64,000 bases of DNA from Candidatus Methanomethylicia archaeon (GCA_038727515.1 JAVYVS010000002.1:96001-160000); one strand, 5' to 3'. Shown: positions 9,404 through 20,414, counted from the first letter of the stretch. A program made the numbers and translations. Notes: generated by a model from the sequence alone, not told the origin.

Positions 9404-9996
9404 TTTTGAGGAGGATTTTCCTAGTTAAATCCTCCACTGCTTTTACAGCTCCAAAATTTAATCTTAGGTGTATTGCTGGATCTAGTGGTAGACTTGATGT
9501 TATTTGTAGATGTATTTTAAATGCATTTTTCATTGATGAATCTAATTTTAGACGTAATGTTGTTTTCTATGGTGTTCTTGAAGGTCCTCCAGACCCTCCT
9601 AAAACTTTGTGTATTGATGGATTTGAAGTTGAACATATGGTTTTGGATGAAGTTTGGATTGCAAATATGATTTTAGATTTGTTTTCTGGGAAGATTTTTA
9701 AAGGATTTAAAATTTCTAAGATGAGTTTTAGAAGTGTTGTTGAATTTCTTAGAAATTCTGGTGTTAATATTGTTTATATGCATGAAGATGGTATTCCCAT
9801 TGAAAATTATAGTTTTAAATCTGATTTTGATTATTGTTTTATTATTGGTGATCAAATAGGTTTAGATCATCATTCTGAGAAATTTTTAGATTCCATTGGT
9901 GTTATTAGGATTAGTCTTGGAAAAATTCCCTATTTATCAAGTCAATGTATATGGTTGATAAATGCTTTTCTTGATGGATTAAATTTAAATGATTAA
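9400..9996 (+). CDS. trmY: tRNA (pseudouridine-54-N1)-methyltransferase
   Basis: SGRLDVICRC, IGDQIGL, ISLG..YLSSQCI SPOUT motifs. Confidence 0.88.
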   Translation: MILRRIFLVKSSTAFTAPKFNLRCIAGSSGRLDVICRCILNAFFIDESNFRRNVVFYGVLEGPPDPPKTLCIDGFEVEHMVLDEVWIANMILDLFSGKIFKGFKISKMSFRSVVEFLRNSGVNIVYMHEDGIPIENYSFKSDFDYCFIIGDQIGLDHHSEKFLDSIGVIRISLGKIPYLSSQCIWLINAFLDGLNLND

Positions 9997-10286
9997 GTTT
10001 TTCCTTTAGCTTTTGTAAGTTTTCTTTCTTCTTCTGCTCTTACCTTTACTAAACCTCTATATACTGCACATGATATGCAATATGTCTTTGTAACTGGGTA
10101 TTTTGCTATTATCGTACCCTTTTTCTCTAATTCTTTAGCTAATTGTGGATCTACTGGTGAAACATATGTGGTTATTCTTTTTGCTTTACTTCTCGGTACC
10201 CATGCTCCACAGGAATCGCATTGAACTCTTGATTCTTTACCCTTTTGCCCTTTACCTCTCCCCCTAGACTTCCTCTTCTTAGGCAA
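9993..10286 (-). CDS. rps26e: 30S ribosomal protein S26e
   Basis: MPKKRKSRGR, CDSCG..VPRSKA, YCISCAV. Confidence 0.97.
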   Translation of the reverse strand: MPKKRKSRGRGKGQKGKESRVQCDSCGAWVPRSKAKRITTYVSPVDPQLAKELEKKGTIIAKYPVTKTYCISCAVYRGLVKVRAEEERKLTKAKGKT

Positions 10287-10428
10287 ATTTCACACCGTCC
10301 CTTTCCGTCCATACATATGGTTTTACATCTTAATATGTTTTTGCTAATTTATTAATTAATAATTTCTTGTATTTTGAATAAACCTTAAAACTTATAAATT
10401 ATTACAATTATATGCGTTTATTGAGTGT

Positions 10429-10770
10429 GTGGTGGCTCTTTTGTGGTCTGAACTATTATATTCTCCAGTAATAGTTTTCATATTGATACTGATTTTAATG
10501 TATATTTCCTTTATATATTTGAAGAGGATTGGTATTAAGCCTAGGGGTAGTGAATTAAGTTTAGAACCTTATGCATGTGGTGAAGGTACTGATAGATTCC
10601 CCCCTGAAAAAGTTCAACTTAATGTTCAGTTATATAGATATGCTCTGTATTTTACAATATTTGATGTTGCAGCTTTCATTTTGCTATTATCTTTCAATGC
10701 AAATATTGTTTATGTTTTAGTTTATGTAGGGATCATATTATCTGCAATATTTTTCCTCCCTAAGAGGTGA
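10429..10770 (+). CDS. nuoA: NuoA-like membrane subunit
   Basis: PYACGE, YALYFTIFDV; 3 TM. Confidence 0.85.
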   Translation: MVALLWSELLYSPVIVFILILILMYISFIYLKRIGIKPRGSELSLEPYACGEGTDRFPPEKVQLNVQLYRYALYFTIFDVAAFILLLSFNANIVYVLVYVGIILSAIFFLPKR

Positions 10771-10774
10771 TTTT

Positions 10775-11200
10775 ATGGTTTCAATTGTAACTTGGTCTAG
10801 GGTTAGGAGTCCATGGATATTGTATATGTGTACTGGTGCATGTAATGCATGTGATATTGAAGTTTTAGCTGCTTTAGCTCCTAAGTATGATGTTGAACGT
10901 TTTGGAATTCTACTTAAGGGTAGTCCTAGACATGCTGATGTTCTAGTGGTTACTGGTGCAGTTACTAGGCAAGTTGCCCCTAGACTTAAAAGGATATATG
11001 AGCAAATGCCTGATCCAAAATTTGTTATTGCTGCTGGTACATGTGCAACTTCAGGTGGAGTTTATTGGGGTTGTTATAATGTTCTTGGTGGTGTTGATAA
11101 GGTTATTCCTGTGAGTATGTATATTCCAGGTTGTCCCGTCAGACCTGAAGCTGTTATTGATGGTGTTGCAAAACTCATATCTAAACTTTTATCTGGTTAA
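10775..11200 (+). CDS. nuoB: Group 4 [NiFe]-hydrogenase small subunit (NuoB-like)
   Basis: CNACDIE (CxxC, hydrogenase type), SPRHADVL, GTCA, IPGCPVRP. Confidence 0.92.
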   Translation: MVSIVTWSRVRSPWILYMCTGACNACDIEVLAALAPKYDVERFGILLKGSPRHADVLVVTGAVTRQVAPRLKRIYEQMPDPKFVIAAGTCATSGGVYWGCYNVLGGVDKVIPVSMYIPGCPVRPEAVIDGVAKLISKLLSG

Positions 11201-11215
11201 TGGAGGTTAAGTATC

Positions 11216-11677
11216 ATGTCGAGTTTTGATGTAAATTTTATTCTTAAAGATATTTCAAATGCATTTCCAAATAGGATTTTAGATTATAGATTTGATGGTC
11301 CTAGGAGTGTATTTATGAGTGTTGATCCAAGTGCTTTACATGATGTTATTAAGTATTTAAAGGATAAATATGATTTAAGGCATATTGTAACTATAACTGG
11401 GACTGATCTTGGTGATTCCATTGAATTAATCTATCATCTATCTCCTTTAAATCGTAGAATTCTTGTTAATATTAAAGTTAAGATTCCTAGGGATAATCCA
11501 CATTTCCCATCTATCGTTTCAATACTTCCTGGAGCCATTTTATATGAGAGAGAGGTTCATGATCTTTTGGGGGTTGTTTTTGATGGCCATCCATCTCTTG
11601 AAAGACTTATCCTACCTGATGATTGGCCTGATGGTGTTTATCCCCTTAGGAAAGATTGGAAGGTGGAGGTGAAGTAG
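11216..11677 (+). CDS. nuoC: NuoC-like subunit
   Basis: YEREVHDLLGVVFDGHP..PLRKD. Confidence 0.92.
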   Translation: MSSFDVNFILKDISNAFPNRILDYRFDGPRSVFMSVDPSALHDVIKYLKDKYDLRHIVTITGTDLGDSIELIYHLSPLNRRILVNIKVKIPRDNPHFPSIVSILPGAILYEREVHDLLGVVFDGHPSLERLILPDDWPDGVYPLRKDWKVEVK

Positions 11678-11678
11678 T

Positions 11679-12854
11679 TTGAGTTATTATACTATTCCAA
11701 TAGGACCTCAGCATCCAGCTATTAAAGAAGCTTTTCAATTCAACTTTGTTTTAGATGGTGAAGTTATTGTTGATGTTAAACCTAGATTTGGATTTGTTCA
11801 TAGAGGTATTGAGAAGGCTATGGAGCTTAGAACTTGGGTTCAAGGTATATTCTTGGCTGAACGTATATGTGGTATATGTAATGTTCCACATACAACATGC
11901 TATTGTCTTGCTGTGGAAAAGGTTTATGGTATAGATGTTCCTGAACGTGCTAAGTATCTTAGGATCATAATTAATGAGTTAAATAGGATTCATAGCCATC
12001 TATTGTGGATTGGGGTTTTAGGTATGGAGTTAGGTTTCCATACTGTGTTTATGTATGTTTGGAGGGATAGGGAGAGAGTTATGGATCTCGTTGAAATGAT
12101 TAGTGGTAATAGAGTTACTCCATCTATGAATTGTATTGGTGGAGTTGTTTATGATATTACCCCTGAAATGGAGCCAATTATTAAGAGGAATCTAGATTAT
12201 CTTGAGGAGAGAACTAAGTATTATAAGAAGGTGCTCATGGAAGATCCTAGTTTAAAGGCTAGAACTGAAGGTGTAGGTGTTTTAAGTAAGGATAAAGCTT
12301 TAGATCTATGTGCAGTAGGTCCTACTGCTAGAGCTTCTGATGTTAAGAGTGATGTTAGATTTGATGATCCATATACATTGTATGATGAAATAGATTTCAA
12401 TATGGTGACTTATTCAACATGTGATGTTTGGGGTAGAGCTATGGTTAGGGTTGATGAAACTATTGAATCTATAAAAGCTATTAGGCATGCACTTGAGAAG
12501 ATGCGTCCAGGGCCAATAAATGTTAAGGTTAAACGTATTCCACCTATTGGTGAAGCTACTGCTAGAGTTGAAGCTCCTAGAGGTGAACTTCTACACTATG
12601 TTAAATCTGATGGCAAAGAGGTTCCATATAGAGCTAAAATGAGGACTCCAACATTAGCCAATATACCAGCATTATGTGAAATGTTAAAGGGGCATTATAT
12701 TGCTGATATACCTGCTATTGTTGCTAGTATTGATCCATGTTATTGTTGTACTGAGAGGTTAATGTTCACAGATATTGGGAATGGTAAAAGTTGGATCTGG
12801 AGTTATGATGAACTTAGAAGGTATAGTCTTAAATATTATGGTTTGGGGGTGTAA
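11679..12854 (+). CDS. Group 4 [NiFe]-hydrogenase large subunit (NuoD-like, Ni-binding motifs intact)
   Basis: GPQHP, HRGIEK, L1 ERICGICN, L2 DPCYCCTER followed by an approx. 31-aa C-terminal extension. Confidence 0.93.
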   Translation: MSYYTIPIGPQHPAIKEAFQFNFVLDGEVIVDVKPRFGFVHRGIEKAMELRTWVQGIFLAERICGICNVPHTTCYCLAVEKVYGIDVPERAKYLRIIINELNRIHSHLLWIGVLGMELGFHTVFMYVWRDRERVMDLVEMISGNRVTPSMNCIGGVVYDITPEMEPIIKRNLDYLEERTKYYKKVLMEDPSLKARTEGVGVLSKDKALDLCAVGPTARASDVKSDVRFDDPYTLYDEIDFNMVTYSTCDVWGRAMVRVDETIESIKAIRHALEKMRPGPINVKVKRIPPIGEATARVEAPRGELLHYVKSDGKEVPYRAKMRTPTLANIPALCEMLKGHYIADIPAIVASIDPCYCCTERLMFTDIGNGKSWIWSYDELRRYSLKYYGLGV

Positions 12855-13816
12855 TGATGGATCCATTAATATTTATTCTTAGAATCTTAATATTTCCTGG
12901 TATACTCTTCCTACTATTTCTAGCATTTATATTTGAGTGGGTTGATAGAAAGGCTTATGCTAGATTTCAAAATAGGATTGGCCCCCTATATGCTGGCCCT
13001 AGTGGAATCCTTCAACCATTAGCTGATTTCATTAAGCTTATGGCTAAAGAGGATATAACCCCAAAATATGTTGATTCCATCTTCTTCAATAACATTCCAA
13101 TACTTGCAGTTGTTATACCATTATTTGCATCTCTATATATACCATTAGATGGTTCTCCAATTTTAATTCCCTTTGAAGGTGATATCGTCCTACTACTAAC
13201 TTTAATGACTATTTACACTATTTTTGTATTCATTGCTGGTTGGGCATCAACCAATAGGTTTAGTATTGTTGGTGCCACTAGAGCTATTCTACAATTTTTA
13301 GCTTATGAAATTCCAATGTTTATTTCAGCAGCTTCCGTTGTTATGTATGTTGGATCTACTTCTGTAACAATTATATCTCAAAATCAATTGATACCTTTAG
13401 CTTTACTTCAACCAATAGGATTCATAGTCTTTATTACAGCTCTTCAAGCAGAACTTGAACGTATACCCTTCGATATCCCTGAAGCTGAAAGTGAAATTGT
13501 TGCTGGATGGCTTACTGAGTATTGTGGTCCAAAACTTGCTTTCCTAAGACTTGCTGAAGATTTAAAGCTAGTCTTTGGATCTGCTTTAGCTACCGCATTA
13601 TTTCTAGGTGGTGGAAGCGGCCCTATACTTCCACCTATCGTCTGGTTTATTTTAAAGATGCTCTTCATAGTATTACTAAGCTCTTATATTAGATCTTTAT
13701 TTGCTAGGTTGAGGATTGATCAAATGGTTTCAGGTTGTTGGAGGATTTTAATTCCATTATCAATTCTACAATTTGTTTTAAGTAGGTTTTTGGGGGTTGG
13801 TTTTAGATGGCTATGA
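12854..13816 (+). CDS. nuoH: NuoH-like membrane subunit
   Basis: DRK..AR.QNRIGP, QPLADFIKL..KE, PFDIPEAESE. Confidence 0.93.
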   Translation: MMDPLIFILRILIFPGILFLLFLAFIFEWVDRKAYARFQNRIGPLYAGPSGILQPLADFIKLMAKEDITPKYVDSIFFNNIPILAVVIPLFASLYIPLDGSPILIPFEGDIVLLLTLMTIYTIFVFIAGWASTNRFSIVGATRAILQFLAYEIPMFISAASVVMYVGSTSVTIISQNQLIPLALLQPIGFIVFITALQAELERIPFDIPEAESEIVAGWLTEYCGPKLAFLRLAEDLKLVFGSALATALFLGGGSGPILPPIVWFILKMLFIVLLSSYIRSLFARLRIDQMVSGCWRILIPLSILQFVLSRFLGVGFRWL

Positions 13817-14163
13817 TACGTGAAGTATTTAAACACCTATTTAAACGACCAGTTACAGTTAAATATCCATTTGAGAGAACTCCTACTGCTGAGAGGTATA
13901 GGGGGAAGCATATATTCTATATTGATAGATGTGTTGGTTGTGGATTATGCGCCCGTGAATGTCCAGCTATGGCTATTGAACTAATTTCCTCAGATAAGAC
14001 CATTAATGGTAGAAGACCAATATTCTATTTGGATAGATGTATATTTTGTATGCAGTGTGAAAGGATATGTCCCAGGGCAGCTATACATTTAACACAATTC
14101 TATGAATTGGCTTCCCATGATCGTAAGTTGCTTGTACATAGTGAAGAAAAGGTTAGTTCTTGA
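13807..14163 (+). CDS. nuoI: NuoI-like 2x[4Fe-4S] subunit
   Basis: CVGCGLCARECP and CIFCMQCERICP. Confidence 0.92.
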   Translation: MAMIREVFKHLFKRPVTVKYPFERTPTAERYRGKHIFYIDRCVGCGLCARECPAMAIELISSDKTINGRRPIFYLDRCIFCMQCERICPRAAIHLTQFYELASHDRKLLVHSEEKVSS

Positions 14164-14258
14164 AAATCAACGTTTTTTATCTTCCAATTATTTGTGTTTT
14201 AATAATTTGAGGCAATAAATTTAAGCTTCTAAGAATAGATGATAGTTAGCTGAGTAAA

Positions 14259-15521
14259 ATGAAGGTTTATGCAGATTTACATTTACATTCAAAGTATAGT
14301 GGTGGTTCTAGTGTTCAAATGAATATTCCAACATTGGTTTCATATGCTTTAATTAAAGGTTTAAATCTTCTTGGTACTGGTGATTGTCTACATCCAAGTT
14401 GGCTTAGAGAATTGAAAAACGATCTTGTACATGCTGGTGGAGGATTCTATCATTATAGGCTTAATTCCAACGTTTTCTTTATTGTTAATTGTGAAGTTGG
14501 TACGGTTTTCGAATTTGGAGGTAAATCTAGAAGGGTTCATCATGTTATTTTAATGCCTAGTTTAGAGGTTGCTGAACAACTTTCCGATGTTTTATCACGT
14601 TATGGTGATGTAATTTCCAATGGGCGTCCAATATTTAATATGCATCCATCAGAACTTGTCGATATAGTTTTTAGTATTGAATCCTCTTGTTTCATATTTC
14701 CAGCTCATATATGGACTCCTTGGTGGAGTATGTTTGGATCTTTTAGTGGTGTTGATAATGTTAAGGATTGTTATGGTGATAGAATTGATAAGATTTATGC
14801 TATTGAAACTGGTTTGAGTAGTGATCCAGAGATGAATTGGCGTGTAAGTCAATTGGATAGATTTTCAATTCTTAGCTTCTCAGATTCTCATTCACCATAT
14901 CCATTTAGACTTGGTAGAGAAGCTTGTTTATTCGATCTTAATGATATGAATTATAGAGAACTTATAGAAGCTATTAAATTTAGGGAGAAGGGTAAGTTCT
15001 TAATGACTATAGAAGTTGATCCAGCTTATGGTAAATATCATTGGTCTGGTCATAGGAATTGTAATGTTGGGCCTATCCCTCCTGAAGAAGCTAGAAAAAT
15101 GAATTATAAATGCCCAGTTTGTGGGAAAAAACTTACTAAGGGTGTTGATGATAGAGTTGAAGAACTTGCTGATAGAAGTAGAGGATTTAGACCTAAAAGT
15201 TATATACCCTTCATAAAGGTTTTACCATTACAAACTATAATAGCTTTCAGTATGGGTGTTAGTGAAGATGATTTTTCTAAATTTAATAGTGGTAGAATTT
15301 GGGATATATATTCCAATCTAGTTTCTAAATTTGGTTCTGAATTTAATGTTTTATTGAATGCTCCAATAAATGAGATTGCAAAAATATCTTCTCAAACAAT
15401 TGCATCTTACATTAAATGTATGAGGGAAGGTAAATATTCAATTACACCTGGTTTTGATGGTGTTTATGGCAAGATAAGTACATTTGGTTTGAAAATGGAT
15501 TTAAGAAACTTTATAACCTAA
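14259..15521 (+). CDS. endoQ: Endonuclease Q family (PHP domain plus Zn finger)
   Basis: ADLHLHSKYS, GTGD, PAHIWTPW, ETGLSSD, SDSHS, GKYH..HRNC, CPVCG, PGFDGVYG. Confidence 0.88.
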   Translation: MKVYADLHLHSKYSGGSSVQMNIPTLVSYALIKGLNLLGTGDCLHPSWLRELKNDLVHAGGGFYHYRLNSNVFFIVNCEVGTVFEFGGKSRRVHHVILMPSLEVAEQLSDVLSRYGDVISNGRPIFNMHPSELVDIVFSIESSCFIFPAHIWTPWWSMFGSFSGVDNVKDCYGDRIDKIYAIETGLSSDPEMNWRVSQLDRFSILSFSDSHSPYPFRLGREACLFDLNDMNYRELIEAIKFREKGKFLMTIEVDPAYGKYHWSGHRNCNVGPIPPEEARKMNYKCPVCGKKLTKGVDDRVEELADRSRGFRPKSYIPFIKVLPLQTIIAFSMGVSEDDFSKFNSGRIWDIYSNLVSKFGSEFNVLLNAPINEIAKISSQTIASYIKCMREGKYSITPGFDGVYGKISTFGLKMDLRNFIT

Positions 15522-15522
15522 A

Positions 15523-16197
15523 TCAACCTTTACCCTTCTCTATCAACAATTCCTTCCATCTACCTTTAATTATCATTATTATAAGCCCCCTCGGGCCTTC
15601 TCTATCAAGTATATCTGCAACCTTTATCCAATCTATTTTCAATATGCTTAATGTTGTTATTGTTAGTATTATCAATGAAATCAATATTCCATATATATTT
15701 TCTTCACCGAAAACTATGTTTAAGTATTCCGTAAAGTATTTTCCAGTTAATGCTACTACTGTACTTAATATGATCTTTCCTAGCGTTGTAGCTATGAAGA
15801 ATTTTATGAAGCTATATTTTATGAGTCCTAGTGGTATTATCACTACATCATCTGGTGATGGCGTTACTGTTACGAAGAATACTGCTATCGCTCCATACTT
15901 ACCCAATAATTCTTTAAATTTCTCTATTTGCTTTCTCTTTTCTTCACTTGTAATTAATTTACTTCCTTCAAATCCCAACATATATACTACGCTTTTTCCA
16001 ATTGCTCCACCAAAGCCACTCACAATTCCAAGTATTATTGGGTCTACTTGTAGGTATCCTGCCATATAATATATTGCCAATAAGTAGGGTATTGGTAGAA
16101 ATGGTATAAAATTTCCAAGTATAGATACAATTAAAGCTCCAATATATCCATAGTTTAAGGCTATCTTCATCATTAAGTCAGAGATCCATTCAAACAA
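15523..16197 (-). CDS. DedA/VTT (YqaA-like) membrane protein
   Basis: PFLPIP, TPSPDD..IPLG..F..F motifs. Confidence 0.85.
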   Translation of the reverse strand: MFEWISDLMMKIALNYGYIGALIVSILGNFIPFLPIPYLLAIYYMAGYLQVDPIILGIVSGFGGAIGKSVVYMLGFEGSKLITSEEKRKQIEKFKELLGKYGAIAVFFVTVTPSPDDVVIIPLGLIKYSFIKFFIATTLGKIILSTVVALTGKYFTEYLNIVFGEENIYGILISLIILTITTLSILKIDWIKVADILDREGPRGLIIMIIKGRWKELLIEKGKG

Positions 16198-16300
16198 TCC
16201 TCTTCACTTACCTTTTATTTCTACATGTTAATAATGTTTGTTTTTTGGAAAGCTTTAAAACTTATTAATTATAAATTGCATAATAGTTTGTTGTTGTGAG

Positions 16301-16558
16301 GTGAAGTTGTTGAGCTTTAATTTTGTTAGTTTGATTTTAGGTGTTTCCATAGTGGCTTTAGCAGTTTTAAGTTTGGAATTTAAGAAGATTATGCATTCAA
16401 TCATAACTTTATGTGGTTTTAGTATTGTTTTGGCTATTGCATTCTTCTATTTATCTGCACCATTGGTTGGAGTATTTCAATTGGCTGTTTTAGCTGGTGC
16501 AGTTACAGTATTGTTTCTAGTTGCTTTAATGTTGACTGGTAAAGTGGAGGTGGATTAA
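16301..16558 (+). CDS. NuoJ N-terminal half / MbhD-like subunit
   Basis: APLVGVFQLAVLAGAVTVLF (Q...YAGA-like motif); 3 TM. Confidence 0.8.
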   Translation: MKLLSFNFVSLILGVSIVALAVLSLEFKKIMHSIITLCGFSIVLAIAFFYLSAPLVGVFQLAVLAGAVTVLFLVALMLTGKVEVD

Positions 16559-16559
16559 C

Positions 16560-16838
16560 TTGAAGTTTAGTGAATTGATTGGAACTATGTTGGGTTTAGC
16601 TTTAGCCTTTATACTCACGCAACTCTTAGTTTATGGTGTTTCTAATGTTGGTTTATTTGCTTATGATAATGCTCCATTAACTATTCTAAAGCCTGATTAC
16701 TCCTTCCATAATCTGGGTGTTTATATAAGTGAACTTTTATGGGTTGATTGCAGTTTTGATGTAATAGCTCAAGCCATACTCATATTTGCTTCAGCCATAG
16801 GTGTTATTGCACTTTTACGTGAGGAGGTGAAGCATTAA
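16560..16838 (+). CDS. NuoJ C-terminal half / MbhE-like subunit
   Basis: LW...FDVIAQAILIFASAIGVIALLR. Confidence 0.7.
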   Translation: MKFSELIGTMLGLALAFILTQLLVYGVSNVGLFAYDNAPLTILKPDYSFHNLGVYISELLWVDCSFDVIAQAILIFASAIGVIALLREEVKH

Positions 16839-17155
16839 TGTCCACTGAACCATACACATTCATAGCTGTTTCAGGAGTTTTATTTTGTATTGGCATGTAC
16901 GGCCTTATGACTAAACGTAATATGATTAAAATGGTTATTTCACTTGAGATAATGTTTAGTTCAGCTATATTGAATTTAGTGAATTTTTCATATTTTAGAA
17001 TTTTTGGATTTATAGACCCAATGGCTCACGTTGTAGCTATAATTGCTATTTCTGTTGAAGCCTGTTTAATAGGTGTTGCTTTAGCATTTGTTATAAATGC
17101 TTATAAACATTATAAGACATTGGACATTAGAGAGTTGAGGAGGTTGAGGTGGTAG
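16838..17155 (+). CDS. nuoK: NuoK-like subunit
   Basis: IGMYG..KRNMIKMVISLEIM. Confidence 0.88.
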   Translation: MSTEPYTFIAVSGVLFCIGMYGLMTKRNMIKMVISLEIMFSSAILNLVNFSYFRIFGFIDPMAHVVAIIAISVEACLIGVALAFVINAYKHYKTLDIRELRRLRW

Positions 17156-18657
17156 GTTTTATGGAAATATTATATCCAATGCTAATATTAGCATTCTTCG
17201 GTGTAACAACGCCAATTATTGGTTGGATTTGTGAGAGGTATGGTTTACGTAATCTTGTTAGCGGTTGGGCTTTATTTGGTTTTCTAACTTCCCTAATGGC
17301 TTGCCTTAAACTAGTAGGTTTACTCTATGAAAAGCCAATTATAAGGTATAGTATATACCAAGCTGTTGATGGTTTTAAAATTGGCTTTACAGTTTTAGAT
17401 TGGCTTAGCTTCACATTTACCCTTGGCTTCATCCTTTTAGGTTTAATATCCACTTTGCATTCAATTGATTACATGTCTCATGACACAGGTTTACCAGCTT
17501 ACTACTCCCTACTATTGCTAATGGTTTGCGGTATGATTGGAGTTATTATGGCAGGTGACTTCCTAACGCTATATGTATTCTGGGAGTTGATGAGCATATC
17601 CTCATATTGTTTGGTTGGATTTAGAAAGCATCTCTGGGAGCCTGTGGAAGCAGGCTTCAAATATCTATTGATGAGCGCTGTAGGTTCAGCCTTCATATTA
17701 TTCTCAATGTCATATCTATATGGTTTAACTGGATCCTTAAGCTTCGCTCAAATAACTCTCTCCCTAATGAATGCTAAATCTTCTCCACTACTATACCTAC
17801 TATTCATATTATTGATCGTAGGCTTCGGCGTTAAAGCTGCTATTGTACCATTTCATTCATGGCTTCCAGATGCACATCCAGCTGCCCCCAGCCCTATAAG
17901 TGCTATGCTTTCAGGTGTAGTAATAAAAACTGGCGTTTATGCAATAATAAGAACTTCATATCTAATCTTTGATGTTTCAATTGTGGATTATAGATTGATG
18001 TTAGCTTTCCTATCAGTATTGACCATGAGTGTTGGAAACATTCTAGCTTTAGTTCAAAAGGATATTAAACGTTTACTTGCATATTCAAGTATAGCTCAAA
18101 TTGGATATTTACTATTGGCTTTATCCTTAGGAACGGAATTTGGTTTAATGGCTGGTATTGTACACTTCTTTAATCATGCCTTAATGAAGGGACTTGCATT
18201 TCTCTGCGCTGGATCAATCATACATGAACTTAATACGAGGAATCTTGATGAAATTATTGGTGTTGGTAGAAGAATGCCTATAACTGGTGTGTCACTATCT
18301 ATAGCACTTCTCTCACTAGCTGGAATGCCATTTCTCAATGGTTTTATAAGTAAGTATTTAATATTTGCAGCAGCCATAGATGCTCAAGCATATTTATTGA
18401 CAGCCATAGGATTACTAAATAGTGCTATTGGAGTAGTATACTATATCCGTGTAATACAGACAATATTTAGGAAGCCTATTGAAAGTGTTATGAAGGCAAG
18501 TGAATCTTCACCATTTATACTGTCTTCCTTAATAATCCTATCAGTACTTTGCATAGTCTTAGGCGTATGGCCTCAACCATTATCTTCAATGGCTGAAACA
18601 GCAGCACACTTCACAATGCAAAAACTCCTTTACATAAGGTCGATAATACCATTATAA
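17149..18657 (+). CDS. Antiporter-like ion-translocating subunit (NuoN/MrpD/MbhH-like)
   Basis: FWELMS, EAGFKY, KAAIVPFHSWLPDAH, KRLLAYSSIAQIGY; follows nuoK. Confidence 0.9.
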   Translation: MVGFMEILYPMLILAFFGVTTPIIGWICERYGLRNLVSGWALFGFLTSLMACLKLVGLLYEKPIIRYSIYQAVDGFKIGFTVLDWLSFTFTLGFILLGLISTLHSIDYMSHDTGLPAYYSLLLLMVCGMIGVIMAGDFLTLYVFWELMSISSYCLVGFRKHLWEPVEAGFKYLLMSAVGSAFILFSMSYLYGLTGSLSFAQITLSLMNAKSSPLLYLLFILLIVGFGVKAAIVPFHSWLPDAHPAAPSPISAMLSGVVIKTGVYAIIRTSYLIFDVSIVDYRLMLAFLSVLTMSVGNILALVQKDIKRLLAYSSIAQIGYLLLALSLGTEFGLMAGIVHFFNHALMKGLAFLCAGSIIHELNTRNLDEIIGVGRRMPITGVSLSIALLSLAGMPFLNGFISKYLIFAAAIDAQAYLLTAIGLLNSAIGVVYYIRVIQTIFRKPIESVMKASESSPFILSSLIILSVLCIVLGVWPQPLSSMAETAAHFTMQKLLYIRSIIPL

Positions 18658-18741
18658 ACGGTATACAATAAAAAATTTAATAATCACATATCTACATAAT
18701 CTTTATCGAAAATTTCCTCCTCTTCTGCGGAGTTGTGCGAT

Positions 18742-20346
18742 ATGTCAAGTATAATTAAGTCAGCTGAAATGTGCAAAGTTCAACTAGTGTTGCCAAAGCA
18801 CTATTACTATGATGTCAAATTGGCTTTAATCAATTTAAAGGTTTTTCATCCAGATGAATGGTGGGTTAATGAAGAATTTGTAGAGTTTATTAAAGAATTG
18901 AAAGCTGAAGAAAATATAGATTTAAAATCGTTAAGTAAACCTCATGAGGAAAGTGCTAAGTTTAAATCTTTATTGGATAAGGTGAATCGATTAATTAATA
19001 CCCTTGGGTTGGAAGCATCAACTATTACATTTAAGCTAAAGCATGTAGATAGGAGTTATTTAAATGATCTTGAGAATAAGCTAAACTTCATTGAATCAAA
19101 AATCAATGAGTTTTCACAATCCCCTGAAAACGTCGAACTTAAAGTTAAGTTAAATGAAGTATGCCAGAATTATGAAAATATTATTTTAGAAGCAAAACAA
19201 GTTTTTGAAAGTGTTTTAGATAGGGATGAAAATACCTTCCATAGTGATTACTTTTCATATATGTTTGGATGGGTTCCAAAGGATAGGGTTAACGAAATTA
19301 TTGAAACCATTGAGAAAACTACAAATAAATCAGTAGTAATCTCAGTTTCACAACCTGGCAAACATGATAATCCCCCATTTCTATCTAAATCTCCAAAACC
19401 TCTAAAACCATTTGAATCTCTAATAAAAACTTATGATATTCCATCAACCCATGAAATTAATCCAACATTAATCGTTAGTATAACCTTCCCATTACTATTT
19501 GGATTAGCTTTCGCGGATGTTGGCCATGGACTCTTACTAGCACTATTTGGAATTGCAACTTACATACTTAAACGTAAAGGGTTCTCTGGCGGTGAAATGA
19601 TCAATTTAGTTCTCTCTGGAGCTGAATTATATATTTTATGTGGTATTGCAGCTATATTTGGCGGTTTAATGTTCGGTGAATTCTTCGGTTTTCACATACA
19701 TCATCCACCTCTAGAATTCATACTTGAAGCTATACCGGGAATTGGTCATGCTTTTAGTCCATTGGAAGAACCTATGAAAATGTTTAAACTCTCACTAATG
19801 GTTGGAATTATGCATATAAGTTTAGGATTAACATTAAGTGTAATCAACGCTGTACTTGAGGGAGAATATAAAAAGGCTTTCTTTGGACATATATGCTGGT
19901 TATGGTTCTATTTAGGTGCAATGTACTTAGGTTTATTCGTATATAAATTTGATATTAGTAAATGGATGTCTGGCAGTTTAACCATACCATTAGTGGTAGC
20001 ACCATTAGTCTTAATGCTTGTAGGAATGATGTTAACTGAAAATCCAATAGATGGCTTCGCTCATACATTTGAAGCAGCAATAAGCTCACTTTCACATACA
20101 GTATCATATGGACGTATACTTGCATTATCACTTTCCCATGGAATGTTAAGTCAATTATTATCTTCAGCAATCCCAGCACTTGGAGCTGCAGGCTATATAG
20201 TCCTAGCTATAGGAACAATAACCCTAGTAATGGCTCTTGAAGGACTTGTATCATTCACACATGTACTAAGGCTTACATGGGTTGAATTTGGCTTTAAATA
20301 CTTCCGTGGTGGTGGAGAAGAATATAAACCTCTAGGTGTTAAATAA
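18742..20346 (+). CDS. atpI: A/V-type ATPase subunit I (a), with shortened N-terminal soluble domain
   Basis: GWVP, FADVGHG, SYGRILAL (essential Arg), HVLRLTWVEF, YKPL; about 534 aa. Confidence 0.9.
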   Translation: MSSIIKSAEMCKVQLVLPKHYYYDVKLALINLKVFHPDEWWVNEEFVEFIKELKAEENIDLKSLSKPHEESAKFKSLLDKVNRLINTLGLEASTITFKLKHVDRSYLNDLENKLNFIESKINEFSQSPENVELKVKLNEVCQNYENIILEAKQVFESVLDRDENTFHSDYFSYMFGWVPKDRVNEIIETIEKTTNKSVVISVSQPGKHDNPPFLSKSPKPLKPFESLIKTYDIPSTHEINPTLIVSITFPLLFGLAFADVGHGLLLALFGIATYILKRKGFSGGEMINLVLSGAELYILCGIAAIFGGLMFGEFFGFHIHHPPLEFILEAIPGIGHAFSPLEEPMKMFKLSLMVGIMHISLGLTLSVINAVLEGEYKKAFFGHICWLWFYLGAMYLGLFVYKFDISKWMSGSLTIPLVVAPLVLMLVGMMLTENPIDGFAHTFEAAISSLSHTVSYGRILALSLSHGMLSQLLSSAIPALGAAGYIVLAIGTITLVMALEGLVSFTHVLRLTWVEFGFKYFRGGGEEYKPLGVK

Positions 20347-20414
20347 ATGCATAAATCAATAACGTTTATAAATAAATCAACATTATTGTAGTAATAGTTG
20401 TTGGAGGAAGAAAT

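Noticed and set aside
10429-14163. NADH:quinone oxidoreductase or F420H2 dehydrogenase call
   Set aside because: Large subunit retains both Ni-binding CxxC motifs; no NuoEFG/FpoF present.
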